Positions 23,947 through 32,866 of a stretch of DNA of 64,000 bases are shown here, one piece after another; position 1 is the stretch's first letter; every line of letters begins with the position of its first letter. A program made the translations under genes and the position numbers. The notes beneath the pieces were generated by a model. The model did not search any database and was not told where the DNA came from. It was given only the letters and a program-made list of their open reading frames with translations. The DNA is from an uncultured Candidatus Berkelbacteria bacterium (GTDB lineage: Bacteria; Patescibacteriota; UBA1384; CAILIB01). The stretch spans positions 7,297-71,296 of the forward strand of contig CAILIB010000040.1 of assembly GCA_903834195.1 (NCBI GenBank), written 5' to 3'.

Positions 23947-25218
23947 ATGACGGGGGGGACACCATCATTGCTCGCTGCATCTGTACGCAAAGCGGCAGGA
24001 ATACTTTCCTGCCTCTGCCTGCTTTTTATGTACCTCAACCCAACTCCAGCGTTCGCTTCTCCAGGAACACTCCAGTTGGCTCGAGATATTGTTGATGCCA
24101 CAACTCCATCACAAACAAATATTGGTCACTCGATCTATTTTGTTCTTCCATACGAGTCTCAACAGATCCAACCAAGTGATTGGATAGAGATTTCGATGCC
24201 AAAGTATTCTAGCATTGTCCTTCCGACTGCCTTTAGTGGTATTTACGGAACTCCAACAGTTGATCTTATTGGTACAACTATTCGACTTACAAACGTTGTA
24301 CTCCTCAACGGTACAGGAATGGGAATCGATGGCATCTCTGCCCGTAATGCAAACACACTCAGTGATGAACAAATCATTATCAGTGTATGTGATGATGCGG
24401 CCTGTACTCTTGTCCGCAACCAAGTTCAGATTGAACCAAGTCAATCAGGTAACACTGTTAACGTTACCGCAACCATTGATAATCCACTCTCATCTCTTTC
24501 AATAAGTGGATTTACTTCACCAAATGCCTTCATCACTCTTGTTGAAGGACCATCTGTTCTCGGTACCACAGTTTCAGGAGGAACTGGGTTTTTCAATTTT
24601 TTCCTTACTGCCCTTGCACCTGGTAACCATAGTTACAAAATTACTGGAACTGACACCCAGGGACGGAATACTTCTCAGAGCACACTCAACCTCTACTTAC
24701 TTGGAGCCAATCTTACTACAGTAACAAGTATTCTCCTCTCCCCGACAATCTCTCTGGATAAAACAGCTATTAATCCGGGTGATACAATAACTATGAGCGG
24801 TAGTACTGAGCCGAATAACCAAATTAATCTCTTCGTTGAAGCTCCGCTCAAAAGCTATACGGTTACCGCTGATACAAACGGAAATTGGACCTATACAATT
24901 CCTGGAACAGATACAACCAGCTTTTTACCAGGTCAGTATCAAACGTATGCGATTAGTCAGGATGGCTTGGGAACTCAAAGTCAGATCGGTCTTACACTCA
25001 ACTTTACAGTCAATTCTCCTACGACCGACCCAAACAACCCAGCTCCACGCTGTGATATCTCACACGGAGACTTAAACTGTGATGGTAAAACAAGCCTGAC
25101 TGACTTCTCAATCCTGCTCTATCACTGGCAGACCAACCATAAAGTTGCCGACATCAACGGTGATACAAAGGTTAACCTTACTGACTTTTCAATTATGATG
25201 TTCTACTTCACACGATGA
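23947..25218 (+). CDS. Secreted Ig-like protein with C-terminal dockerin
   Basis: Duplicated Ca-binding motif GDLNCDGKTSLTDFSILL / ADINGDTKVNLTDFSIMM; ADTNGNWTY Ig motif. Confidence 0.8.
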   Translation: MTGGTPSLLAASVRKAAGILSCLCLLFMYLNPTPAFASPGTLQLARDIVDATTPSQTNIGHSIYFVLPYESQQIQPSDWIEISMPKYSSIVLPTAFSGIYGTPTVDLIGTTIRLTNVVLLNGTGMGIDGISARNANTLSDEQIIISVCDDAACTLVRNQVQIEPSQSGNTVNVTATIDNPLSSLSISGFTSPNAFITLVEGPSVLGTTVSGGTGFFNFFLTALAPGNHSYKITGTDTQGRNTSQSTLNLYLLGANLTTVTSILLSPTISLDKTAINPGDTITMSGSTEPNNQINLFVEAPLKSYTVTADTNGNWTYTIPGTDTTSFLPGQYQTYAISQDGLGTQSQIGLTLNFTVNSPTTDPNNPAPRCDISHGDLNCDGKTSLTDFSILLYHWQTNHKVADINGDTKVNLTDFSIMMFYFTR

Positions 25219-25784
25219 GCACTGTTCTCAAAACTATCAAATCTGGCATTCACCACTACCGAAAACTCTCGGTACGTAATCGTGCACTGCTTTGGGTCGT
25301 AGTGCTTGTGATTGGGGTAATTATTCTCCCGCCGGTTATCGATAAGGAAATCCACCGCAATCAAAGTGTGAAAATGTATTTTACAGTACCCAATACAACA
25401 GTAAGTGTTGGTGAAACATTTCCTCTCGAACTACGCGTACAAACTGGCGGACAAGCAATAAATGCAGTTGGTAGTATTATCCACTTCAACCCGCTATACC
25501 TGGAAGTTGTCAGTATGACTACCGATAAGTCATTTTGTTCCTTTTACCTAGATAATACCTTTGATACCATAAAGGGAGAGGTAAAAGTCACATGCGGAAC
25601 GCCAAGCCCTGGCTTCACTGGTGATTCTCTCGTTGTTCACCTTAATATGCGTGCCAAAATTCTCGGCACTACCACAGTAAGTGTAGACCCCGCCAATACA
25701 AATGCCCTTGCCAACGATGGCAAAGGAACCAATATTCTTGGTACTCACCCCGATCTTGAACTTACAATCAACCAGTTCCTCTAG
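25215..25784 (+). CDS. Membrane-anchored cohesin-domain protein
   Basis: VGETFPLELRVQTGGQAINAV..IHFNP, ALANDGKGTNIL. Confidence 0.75.
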   Translation: MSTVLKTIKSGIHHYRKLSVRNRALLWVVVLVIGVIILPPVIDKEIHRNQSVKMYFTVPNTTVSVGETFPLELRVQTGGQAINAVGSIIHFNPLYLEVVSMTTDKSFCSFYLDNTFDTIKGEVKVTCGTPSPGFTGDSLVVHLNMRAKILGTTTVSVDPANTNALANDGKGTNILGTHPDLELTINQFL

Positions 25785-25788
25785 ATAC

Positions 25789-26982
25789 ATGATTCGTCGC
25801 ACAGTTCGCACAATTGTCAGCCTTTCACTCGCCATTCTGGTGGGTTTTTCCCTGTTTGTGAACGCACCAAAACAGGTTGAAGCCGCTGCCTCACTTTCAG
25901 TAACCGCAAGTTCCCCGGTTCGAATAGCTGACACGATTTCTGTTGGTATTTACGTAAATACTGGTGGACAATATGCTAATTCATTTGACCTCCACTTTTC
26001 CTATCCAGCCAACTTACTCGACCCAGTTCGTGGAAGTACTACAGGCTCAGTGTGTAGTATCTGGATTACCCAACCTGACCCAAACGGTGGCGGAGCTGAC
26101 ATTTCCTGTGGCAAACCTGGTGGATTTAACGGCAGCGGGCTACTTGCAACTATTTACCTGAGTGCAAAACTTGATGGGTCAGCAACATTTGGATTATCCA
26201 ACTGTTCTGTTTTGGCAAACGATGGCCAAGGAACCGATATTACTGGCGGATGTAGTGGGCGCACCATTACAATTAACCCAGATACAGTTGCGGCAACTCC
26301 TCCCCCTTCTACACCAGTTCCAAACACTCCAGTACCTACACTCAACCCGGTTAATACACCAAAGCCGGTAACAACACCTCGTCCACCTGCTACACCATCT
26401 AACATTGGCTCTTCTGCCACTCCAAAACCTGCAGGAACAACAGCCCCAACCGATACTGCAAAAACTCCCACTCCAACTGCCACACCTACTCCACCGCCCG
26501 CTGTAGCACTTCCTAGCACCTCACCAACTCCAAGTGTGGCTGCAGGTATTACAGGAACAGATGGAACGAGTGGAACTGATAGTTCAGGGACTCAAAAACG
26601 TACTATCTCAACTGCATTTAGTGACGTATTTAAATCGTTAGGAAATATTAAAAGCCTAGGTGGTGACACTACTGGTCTCTTTGCGCTTCTTCTTGCCATG
26701 ATTCCAGTACTCGGCTTATTCTGCGCAATCCTCTTCTTCATCTACCGTCTATTTGCCCTCGACAAACAGCGTCGACGAAGTATGGATCGCCTCTTTGAAA
26801 TGGAACTTTCAGAGCTAGCAGCCCTTGAAGGAAAAATGGATCTTCTCGCTGAAAAAGGTACTAAAGGCCGTGAACAGTATCGTGAAGAATTCCGCCTCGC
26901 CAAAGAACATATTCTGCGCCAAATAAAACCAGATTACGCTAAACCTGTAGAACCTGAAAAACCAAGTACTCCCGGGCAATAA
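25789..26982 (+). CDS. Cohesin-domain protein with Pro/Thr stalk and C-terminal TM
   Basis: VNTGGQYANSFDLHFSYP, SVCSIWI, VLANDGQGTDIT; PT linker; TM and cytoplasmic tail. ATG 25789 gives a signal peptide. Confidence 0.75.
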   Translation: MIRRTVRTIVSLSLAILVGFSLFVNAPKQVEAAASLSVTASSPVRIADTISVGIYVNTGGQYANSFDLHFSYPANLLDPVRGSTTGSVCSIWITQPDPNGGGADISCGKPGGFNGSGLLATIYLSAKLDGSATFGLSNCSVLANDGQGTDITGGCSGRTITINPDTVAATPPPSTPVPNTPVPTLNPVNTPKPVTTPRPPATPSNIGSSATPKPAGTTAPTDTAKTPTPTATPTPPPAVALPSTSPTPSVAAGITGTDGTSGTDSSGTQKRTISTAFSDVFKSLGNIKSLGGDTTGLFALLLAMIPVLGLFCAILFFIYRLFALDKQRRRSMDRLFEMELSELAALEGKMDLLAEKGTKGREQYREEFRLAKEHILRQIKPDYAKPVEPEKPSTPGQ

Positions 26983-27025
26983 GCTATCGGAAATGTGTTG
27001 AGAAATGATACGATAGAAGGGCAAT

Positions 27026-28366
27026 ATGTCGGCAAAACATCGCGGACAACCTGAGGAACAACCACAATCTACGGGGGCAGATGCTTTTTGGGCTACCAGT
27101 ACTGCTGAAGCGGAGGCGTACAAAAAGCGCTTTACTGACCAAATCTCTCGCCTTCAAGAGCGCCAAAAAGAACTCGTCCAGCAAACTGCTGACGAGCTTG
27201 AAATATTGAAGCAGGAACTTTCAGATAGCAAAGATCTCGAACAGAAAATCACTTCTGCCCGTCAACCACTTCTTGATGAAATCAATGCCCTACGAGCATC
27301 CATGGCCGCAGCAGACGAGCACAACGCCAGCCTGCAAGAGCAGCTTCGTCACGTTCAGCGAAACTATCAATCACAATACCTACAGCTTCAAGGCCTGGTT
27401 TCTTCACTGAAGAATACGTTGCGCGGACAAGCTCGCACACTTGATCAGCAAATTCGCGTCTATTCTCTAGATGCTACACAGAGTCTTGAGAGCATGCTCT
27501 CATCACTTGATGCAGCACAACTTCCACCATTTGAAGCTCCGGAGATTACAGTTGGCGCCGCGCCTGTGCACCATCCGGCTCCACGGCCTGCTCCCGCTCC
27601 TGCCCTTGCGCAAACGATCGCACTACCTGTTTCTCCCCTCGTTTCGAACCCAAAACAAGATGAACGGTTTGCAAAACACGAAGCAAAACTACGTGCAGAA
27701 GCTGTGCGTAAAGCCGATGTACATCCTGCCTCTCGCAAGCGTTCCCCTATCCGTCGTTTTGCAATTCGCTCAATTATAGCTGCACTATTCGCGGCTGCGG
27801 GAGTTACAGGTGTTCATAATTTCCTCCAACACAATACGTCACATGCTACCACCGATACGGGAACTGTTGCCGGTGTAAGTACTGAGGCGGCCGTAGATGT
27901 TAAGCCAGCAACCGAACAGTACCCAGAATCGTTTGCAACCGTTTCCTATGCAGATACAGTTTGGGAACAAACCAGCGATGGTGAAATGGGCGTTGCGTTT
28001 AAGTATCCAAAGAATGCAAGTAATCGTGTTCGCGAATTGAGTGGAAATAATCTCTGGATTCTTCGTTTCTGGGACTACCTATTTAAAATCAACCGAGACG
28101 ATTCAACGAGTTCAATTGATACCTGGATGACCAACAACCAGGCCACCTACGTTGATGACTACATTTCTGCACGAGGCACGTTTAAAAACCAATCAGCTTG
28201 GATACTCACACCAAAGGTTAAAAGTGCAACCTCTGGAACAATGTACGTAATAAGTCACGGAAAAACAGTTCTCAACTTCTGGATTAAGGATGAAGATCCA
28301 AACAGTGATGATGGTAAGCGCCTAGCCGATATGGTTACCAGTATCCAGCTTCTTCCTCCCCAATGA
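27026..28366 (+). CDS. Cytoplasmic coiled-coil plus TM plus extracellular domain protein
   Basis: ~130-aa heptad region, Pro linker, TM, GTVAGVST motif, GVAFKYP domain. Confidence 0.7.
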   Translation: MSAKHRGQPEEQPQSTGADAFWATSTAEAEAYKKRFTDQISRLQERQKELVQQTADELEILKQELSDSKDLEQKITSARQPLLDEINALRASMAAADEHNASLQEQLRHVQRNYQSQYLQLQGLVSSLKNTLRGQARTLDQQIRVYSLDATQSLESMLSSLDAAQLPPFEAPEITVGAAPVHHPAPRPAPAPALAQTIALPVSPLVSNPKQDERFAKHEAKLRAEAVRKADVHPASRKRSPIRRFAIRSIIAALFAAAGVTGVHNFLQHNTSHATTDTGTVAGVSTEAAVDVKPATEQYPESFATVSYADTVWEQTSDGEMGVAFKYPKNASNRVRELSGNNLWILRFWDYLFKINRDDSTSSIDTWMTNNQATYVDDYISARGTFKNQSAWILTPKVKSATSGTMYVISHGKTVLNFWIKDEDPNSDDGKRLADMVTSIQLLPPQ

Positions 28367-30015
28367 ACGAGTTGATTGGACACATCCTTAGAACGCTCGC
28401 CCTACCTGCGCAACAAGCCAGTGACATTCTCCACCTAACTTCAGTTGGAATTGTACAGCAATCAGTTGCACTTGCTGCACTTATTCTTACTGGTGCACTT
28501 GCGACTATTTTCTTTGCAGCCTGGTTTGAACGGCGCAAAGCTCTTTTTGCGGCTGCATTTTTGGTGAGCATTACAGCTGGGCTACTTATTACATATGTCA
28601 CCAATTATTACCGTAGTGCTTGGGTATATAGCGTCATAATTTGTATACTTGCCGCCGACGTTACCTGGAGAATGAGTCGCACTAAAATTCTACGTATTCT
28701 GATGGGGACCTGGTTTCTAGCAGCTATAGTGATCGTTGGTGGAATTGCGATAGGAGGAACGTTAACAGAGTATTTCCACGCAAACAAAACTACTGCAGCT
28801 CTTTCTCAAAACACAGCAGATACCCAAGCAAAAATCGCCACATATCAAAAGAGTGTTGCTTCTACATTAAAGTCTGCCACTACCTCAGAAGATATAATTC
28901 GACTTGCAACTGAACCTAATCCAACTGTTTCAGAATTAACAGCAGTTCAACAGGAATTTGATCTTGATTTTCTCAGTCTACGAACCTTAACTGGAGCTGT
29001 TCTAGTTGAGACATCACGTATTCCCCATCCACTCGTGTCAGGTACTAGTGATTTAGCACAACTGTCTACCGATGAACGAGGCGTACCAACTGCCACTTCA
29101 ACCTCTTTAATTCAACTATCCTCCGGCAATATCACTCTGAGTGGTGGAAGCTTCCTTGATTCAGCTCGCCTCACAAAACTTGGCGTTCACGGTGCCCTTG
29201 CTTCGCACTTTGGTGTTGAAAGCTCGTCCGGATTAAAAGGTGATGAACTTCTCGCCGTAACTGCAGATGATACAAGGACCCAATTCCAAGCTAATACTTC
29301 GGCACAATTTTATACTTTTACCAGCACTGGCAGAGCCTACCTTTCTGGCCAACCTCTAGATGGAGATACCAACTTAATTGTCGTAAGTGTTTCTACGGAC
29401 TCAAGCTATGCAGTTTGGCAACGTGGAATCATTGCAGGTGAAGTTGTACTCATTGCTCTTAAGTGCCTTGCGTTTCTTCTCTTTCACCGCAAACAACGTG
29501 TTAAAAAAACTGTGCTTATTTTCTCAGCCCTTACTCTCGTTTTACTTGGCGCAGGTACCACCTGGGCACGTGAAAAAACTGAGATCGCAACAGGATACAC
29601 TGCTACAACAATTCGATTAGATCGACCTGCAGTTACTCCACATATCTACTTCCGAACTGTCACCTCTGGTCTTCAGGTGCAAATTGATATGGCCGGAGCC
29701 AATGTAGCCCAACTCTCAGTCGCGATTCAACTACCAGGCAATCTACCTGCAAACACTGTAACGTTGGATTCAACCTTTTGCACCAGGATAGATTCACAAC
29801 CAGCTGTTTCTTCTAGAAATATCCTCACATTCACCTGCTCGACATCTAATCCCCCTCTTAAGGGCCAAGGAGGCGTTGTTGCAACGATTACTGCCCCTGC
29901 TTCATTCTTTGCAACTGGGCAGGTTAGTTTAATCTCTGGAACAGCCCAGGCTCGTACCGATGGAGCAAATCAAACCGTCCCCGTTCGTGCCGACCCACTT
30001 GTACCCGCTCAATAA
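28363..30015 (+). CDS. Multi-pass membrane protein with C-terminal cohesin-like domain
   Basis: About 6 TM segments; C-terminal LDSTFCT..LTFTC..VVATI..ARTDG resembles the neighbouring cohesins. Confidence 0.6.
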   Translation: MNELIGHILRTLALPAQQASDILHLTSVGIVQQSVALAALILTGALATIFFAAWFERRKALFAAAFLVSITAGLLITYVTNYYRSAWVYSVIICILAADVTWRMSRTKILRILMGTWFLAAIVIVGGIAIGGTLTEYFHANKTTAALSQNTADTQAKIATYQKSVASTLKSATTSEDIIRLATEPNPTVSELTAVQQEFDLDFLSLRTLTGAVLVETSRIPHPLVSGTSDLAQLSTDERGVPTATSTSLIQLSSGNITLSGGSFLDSARLTKLGVHGALASHFGVESSSGLKGDELLAVTADDTRTQFQANTSAQFYTFTSTGRAYLSGQPLDGDTNLIVVSVSTDSSYAVWQRGIIAGEVVLIALKCLAFLLFHRKQRVKKTVLIFSALTLVLLGAGTTWAREKTEIATGYTATTIRLDRPAVTPHIYFRTVTSGLQVQIDMAGANVAQLSVAIQLPGNLPANTVTLDSTFCTRIDSQPAVSSRNILTFTCSTSNPPLKGQGGVVATITAPASFFATGQVSLISGTAQARTDGANQTVPVRADPLVPAQ

Positions 30016-30073
30016 CTAGATTGGAACAGAGTTTCTTGCTATAGTACTTGAAGTCAACGACGTACATACACCT

Positions 30074-30148
30074 GGCAGGGTAGCTCAGCGGTAGAGCAGG
30101 AGACTCATAAGCTCTTGGTCGTGGGTTCGATTCCCGCCCCTGCCACCA
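30074..30148 (+). tRNA. tRNA-CAT (elongator Met or Ile2)
   Basis: GGCAGGG..TAGCTCAGCGGTAGAGC..CT-CAT-AA..GGTTCGATTCC..CCCTGCC-A-CCA. Confidence 0.93.
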
Positions 30149-30186
30149 ACATAAAAAGACTGGTCAACCAGTCTTTTTATGTTGGT
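30145..30186 (+). terminator. Hairpin terminator after tRNA
   Basis: accaacataaaaagactgg-tcaa-ccagtctttttatgttggt. Confidence 0.8.
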
Positions 30187-30374
30187 AACGGAGATGAATT
30201 GAACCAGGCTCGACCACGCCTATACCTTACTTTGCGAAGCAAAGAGCGGGGTTAGCGCAACGCTCCTGCAGCGCTTCACATCGCCGAAGGCGGTGAAAGC
30301 TGGAGGAAGTGAGCGTCGTCCCGCCCAAATTAAAAAACTAGGCACCGCCACAAGCAGCACCTAATCAAAATAAT

Positions 30375-30911
30375 CTAGTCGAGAACTGGCTCGAAACTCT
30401 GTGGCCGAAGCTCAACACGCAGCTTTCCATCTGGTAGATCCAGTAAAACTACATAGGAATACCGCTCGCCCAGGCTCACAGACTCTTCACGTAGTACATC
30501 ATCAAGGACAATTACTCCGCGCGTTCCCTGCGGGACACATCGCACCGGCTGCTCGCCCTGCTCTTTATTCCTCAAACCTGGGAAAAGCGGACACTCACTA
30601 TTCAGATAGACTGGAAACCCATTTACCTGATCAAACTTGGTAAAACCAACTATTCCCATTCGAGGTCGACTAATCCTTCGATCAATCAAGATTCGATGAA
30701 TTTCTACTACACTCATCGTTGTGCCGAGCTTTCGGTAAAACCCGACGTAGAAATCATCAGCAGATTCAAATTGTTGTTGCGTGAGCCATGCAACCAAGGT
30801 TTTCTCTTCAAATAAGTCATGTAGCCCACGAACTAACTTTTGAATAGTTGGTTTTCGCTTCTTAAGTAACTCAGCAACCTGGTCACTCACTACTTTTCGT
30901 TCTTCACTCAT
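30375..30911 (-). CDS. Hypothetical protein
   Basis: 178-aa ORF; possible SH3-like C-terminus (weak). Confidence 0.6.
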   Translation of the reverse strand: MSEERKVVSDQVAELLKKRKPTIQKLVRGLHDLFEEKTLVAWLTQQQFESADDFYVGFYRKLGTTMSVVEIHRILIDRRISRPRMGIVGFTKFDQVNGFPVYLNSECPLFPGLRNKEQGEQPVRCVPQGTRGVIVLDDVLREESVSLGERYSYVVLLDLPDGKLRVELRPQSFEPVLD

Positions 30912-30976
30912 TTACTCACCTGATTGTGAACTATAGCAGAAAACTGTTATCACTCAATCTTCGCTATACTACAGAT

Positions 30977-31471
30977 ATGAAAATCGCAGTATTCTCCGAC
31001 TCACACGACAACATTGACGCACTAAAAAATGCGCTTGAAGTTGTAAAAAAATTGGACATCACCCAAGGCATACACCTTGGTGATTTTTCATCCCCACCTG
31101 CCATGGAACTCATCGCCCAAGCTGGAATTCCATGGACTTGTGTGTGGGGTAATATTGATTACGACAAAATTGCTTTGTACACCATTGCAAAACCATACAA
31201 CACTATTGATGTGAGTGACGGTGATTTTCGCGAAGTTACAATTGCAGATCGTTCACTTTTTCTAACCCACTACCCAGAAATCGCTCGACTTGCAGCACTA
31301 TCCGGAAAATATGATGCAATGTTTCATGGCCACACCCATCGTGCTGCTCAAGAAATTCTAGGAAACACACTTTTAGCCAATCCTGGCGAACTCTGTGGAT
31401 ATCGATATGGCCAATCTAGTTTTGCCGTGTACAATACCGAAGATAATACTTTGGAGCATATGTACATTTGA
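30977..31471 (+). CDS. YfcE/MJ0936-type metallophosphoesterase
   Basis: SDSHDN, HLGD, GNID, GHTH, NPGE motifs. Confidence 0.93.
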   Translation: MKIAVFSDSHDNIDALKNALEVVKKLDITQGIHLGDFSSPPAMELIAQAGIPWTCVWGNIDYDKIALYTIAKPYNTIDVSDGDFREVTIADRSLFLTHYPEIARLAALSGKYDAMFHGHTHRAAQEILGNTLLANPGELCGYRYGQSSFAVYNTEDNTLEHMYI

Positions 31472-31540
31472 AAGATTAGAAACACAACACAGCTTGGTAT
31501 ATAATTAGATAAATTACAGTACATATTTTTAAGATTTTAT

Positions 31541-32362
31541 ATGGCCGATCAGGTCCCTCCAATTGAACCTCAAGTTGTGACTCCACCAGTTGAGACTCCA
31601 GTTCAAGCACCAGTTGAAACCCCAATCACGTCTGTTCCAGAAAAGAGTGTAAGCATGCCTCTAATCGTAACTTTAAGCATTCTCCTTTCTGGACTCATTT
31701 TTGGTGGTGGTGCATATGCGTTTACCAGTGCTCAAAACACTACAAGCCAGAACGATTTGCAAACTCAGATTGATACACTCAAGTCTCAGTTAGCTGTTGC
31801 TAAATCAGCAACCCCTACTCCGACTGCGACTCCTACACCAACTCCGACTGTGTCACCAACTGTGTCACCAAGCGTGAGCCCTTCAGCATCTCCTTCTGCT
31901 TCTCCTAGCGCTTCACCAACAGCTAGTCCTGTTGCTGTGACTACGTGTAAGTCTGCCAACCTTACTGCAACCTTATCAAACGGCAGCGGTGCTGCAGGCA
32001 CATACCGGTATGATATTAAATTAACGAACAAGGGTACTGTTAGTTGTACGCTCGCCGGTCCACCACAACTCACGTTTAAAAACTCTGCTGGAACAGTTGT
32101 TGAAACTACAACCGACGTTGCAAGTTCTACCACAAAGACAATTACGATTACTGCTGGATCAAGTGCATACAGCCTGATTGCTTTCAAAGATTCTGGTAAC
32201 TTTGCTGCTGGTGTTTGCAAACCTATCAGTACTATGACGGTTACACCTCCAGGTGAAACTGCCGGAATTGTGATGAGTATCGCATCAACAAATCCTGGCT
32301 TCACTGATGCACATTGTGAATCATTTGCTGGAAGGCCTGACTTTACTACTACTGTTCAGTAA
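31541..32362 (+). CDS. Membrane-anchored DUF4232-like protein with Pro/Ser/Thr stalk
   Basis: TM, coiled coil, PT/SPSA repeats, C..ANL..GAAGT..LTNKG..CTLAGPP, VTPPG. Confidence 0.8.
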   Translation: MADQVPPIEPQVVTPPVETPVQAPVETPITSVPEKSVSMPLIVTLSILLSGLIFGGGAYAFTSAQNTTSQNDLQTQIDTLKSQLAVAKSATPTPTATPTPTPTVSPTVSPSVSPSASPSASPSASPTASPVAVTTCKSANLTATLSNGSGAAGTYRYDIKLTNKGTVSCTLAGPPQLTFKNSAGTVVETTTDVASSTTKTITITAGSSAYSLIAFKDSGNFAAGVCKPISTMTVTPPGETAGIVMSIASTNPGFTDAHCESFAGRPDFTTTVQ

Positions 32363-32374
32363 GGATAGAGAATA

Positions 32375-32408
32375 ATAAAAAAGAACCTCTTATGAGGTTC
32401 TTTTTTAT
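32375..32408. terminator. Bidirectional terminator
   Basis: ataaaaaagaacctc-ttat-gaggttcttttttat. Confidence 0.8.
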
Positions 32409-32622
32409 ATATGAGCGGGGGTTGGGAATTGAACAAGCTCACTCGGTCATTACGACCTCGTTCACTTTCGGGAACCCACTGTTCCCGACGGCAACTTAAA
32501 GGAATAAAAAGTTGCCTGCCCTCCTCCACGAAAAACCATACGGTTTTTCGACCTTTTCCCTTGTTCAAATCCAACTTCGTCTGACAAAGAAAAATACTCT
32601 CGTAAACGAGAGTATTTTTCTT

Positions 32623-32699
32623 TGGTAGCGGGGGTTGGATTTGAACCAACGACCTTCTGGTTATGAGCCAGACGAGCTTCCGGGCTGCTCTACCCCGCA
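32623..32699 (-). tRNA. Initiator tRNA-fMet (CAT)
   Basis: TGCGGGGTAGAGCAGCCCGGAAGCTCGTCTGGCTCATAACCAGAAGGTCGTTGGTTCAAATCCAACCCCCGCTACCA; 1:72 mismatch and A11-U24. Confidence 0.93.
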
Positions 32700-32866
32700 T
32701 CATCTACAATCACCTTACAGCACAGCAAAGTAAATGGAAAGTATACTTTACAAACTGGTGCGGTCTGCCTATACTTAGACTACTTGACCACTCGGGTGCA
32801 TTGAATAAACTACCTGATTTACATCGCACCGTCAAGCTCTAGTTGATCCACACTTAATCATACCGT

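Noticed and set aside
31800..31930. Pro/Thr/Ser repeats as DNA tandem repeats or DGR-like variable regions
   Set aside because: Codon-degenerate low-complexity linkers; no reverse transcriptase or template/variable repeat pair seen.
30149..32622. Integrated prophage or genomic island between the two CAT tRNAs
   Set aside because: No integrase or phage genes; the tRNAs are convergent and the 3'-end copies are local.
32356..32703. 115-aa ORF on the minus strand
   Set aside because: Overlaps tRNA-fMet and terminators; spurious.
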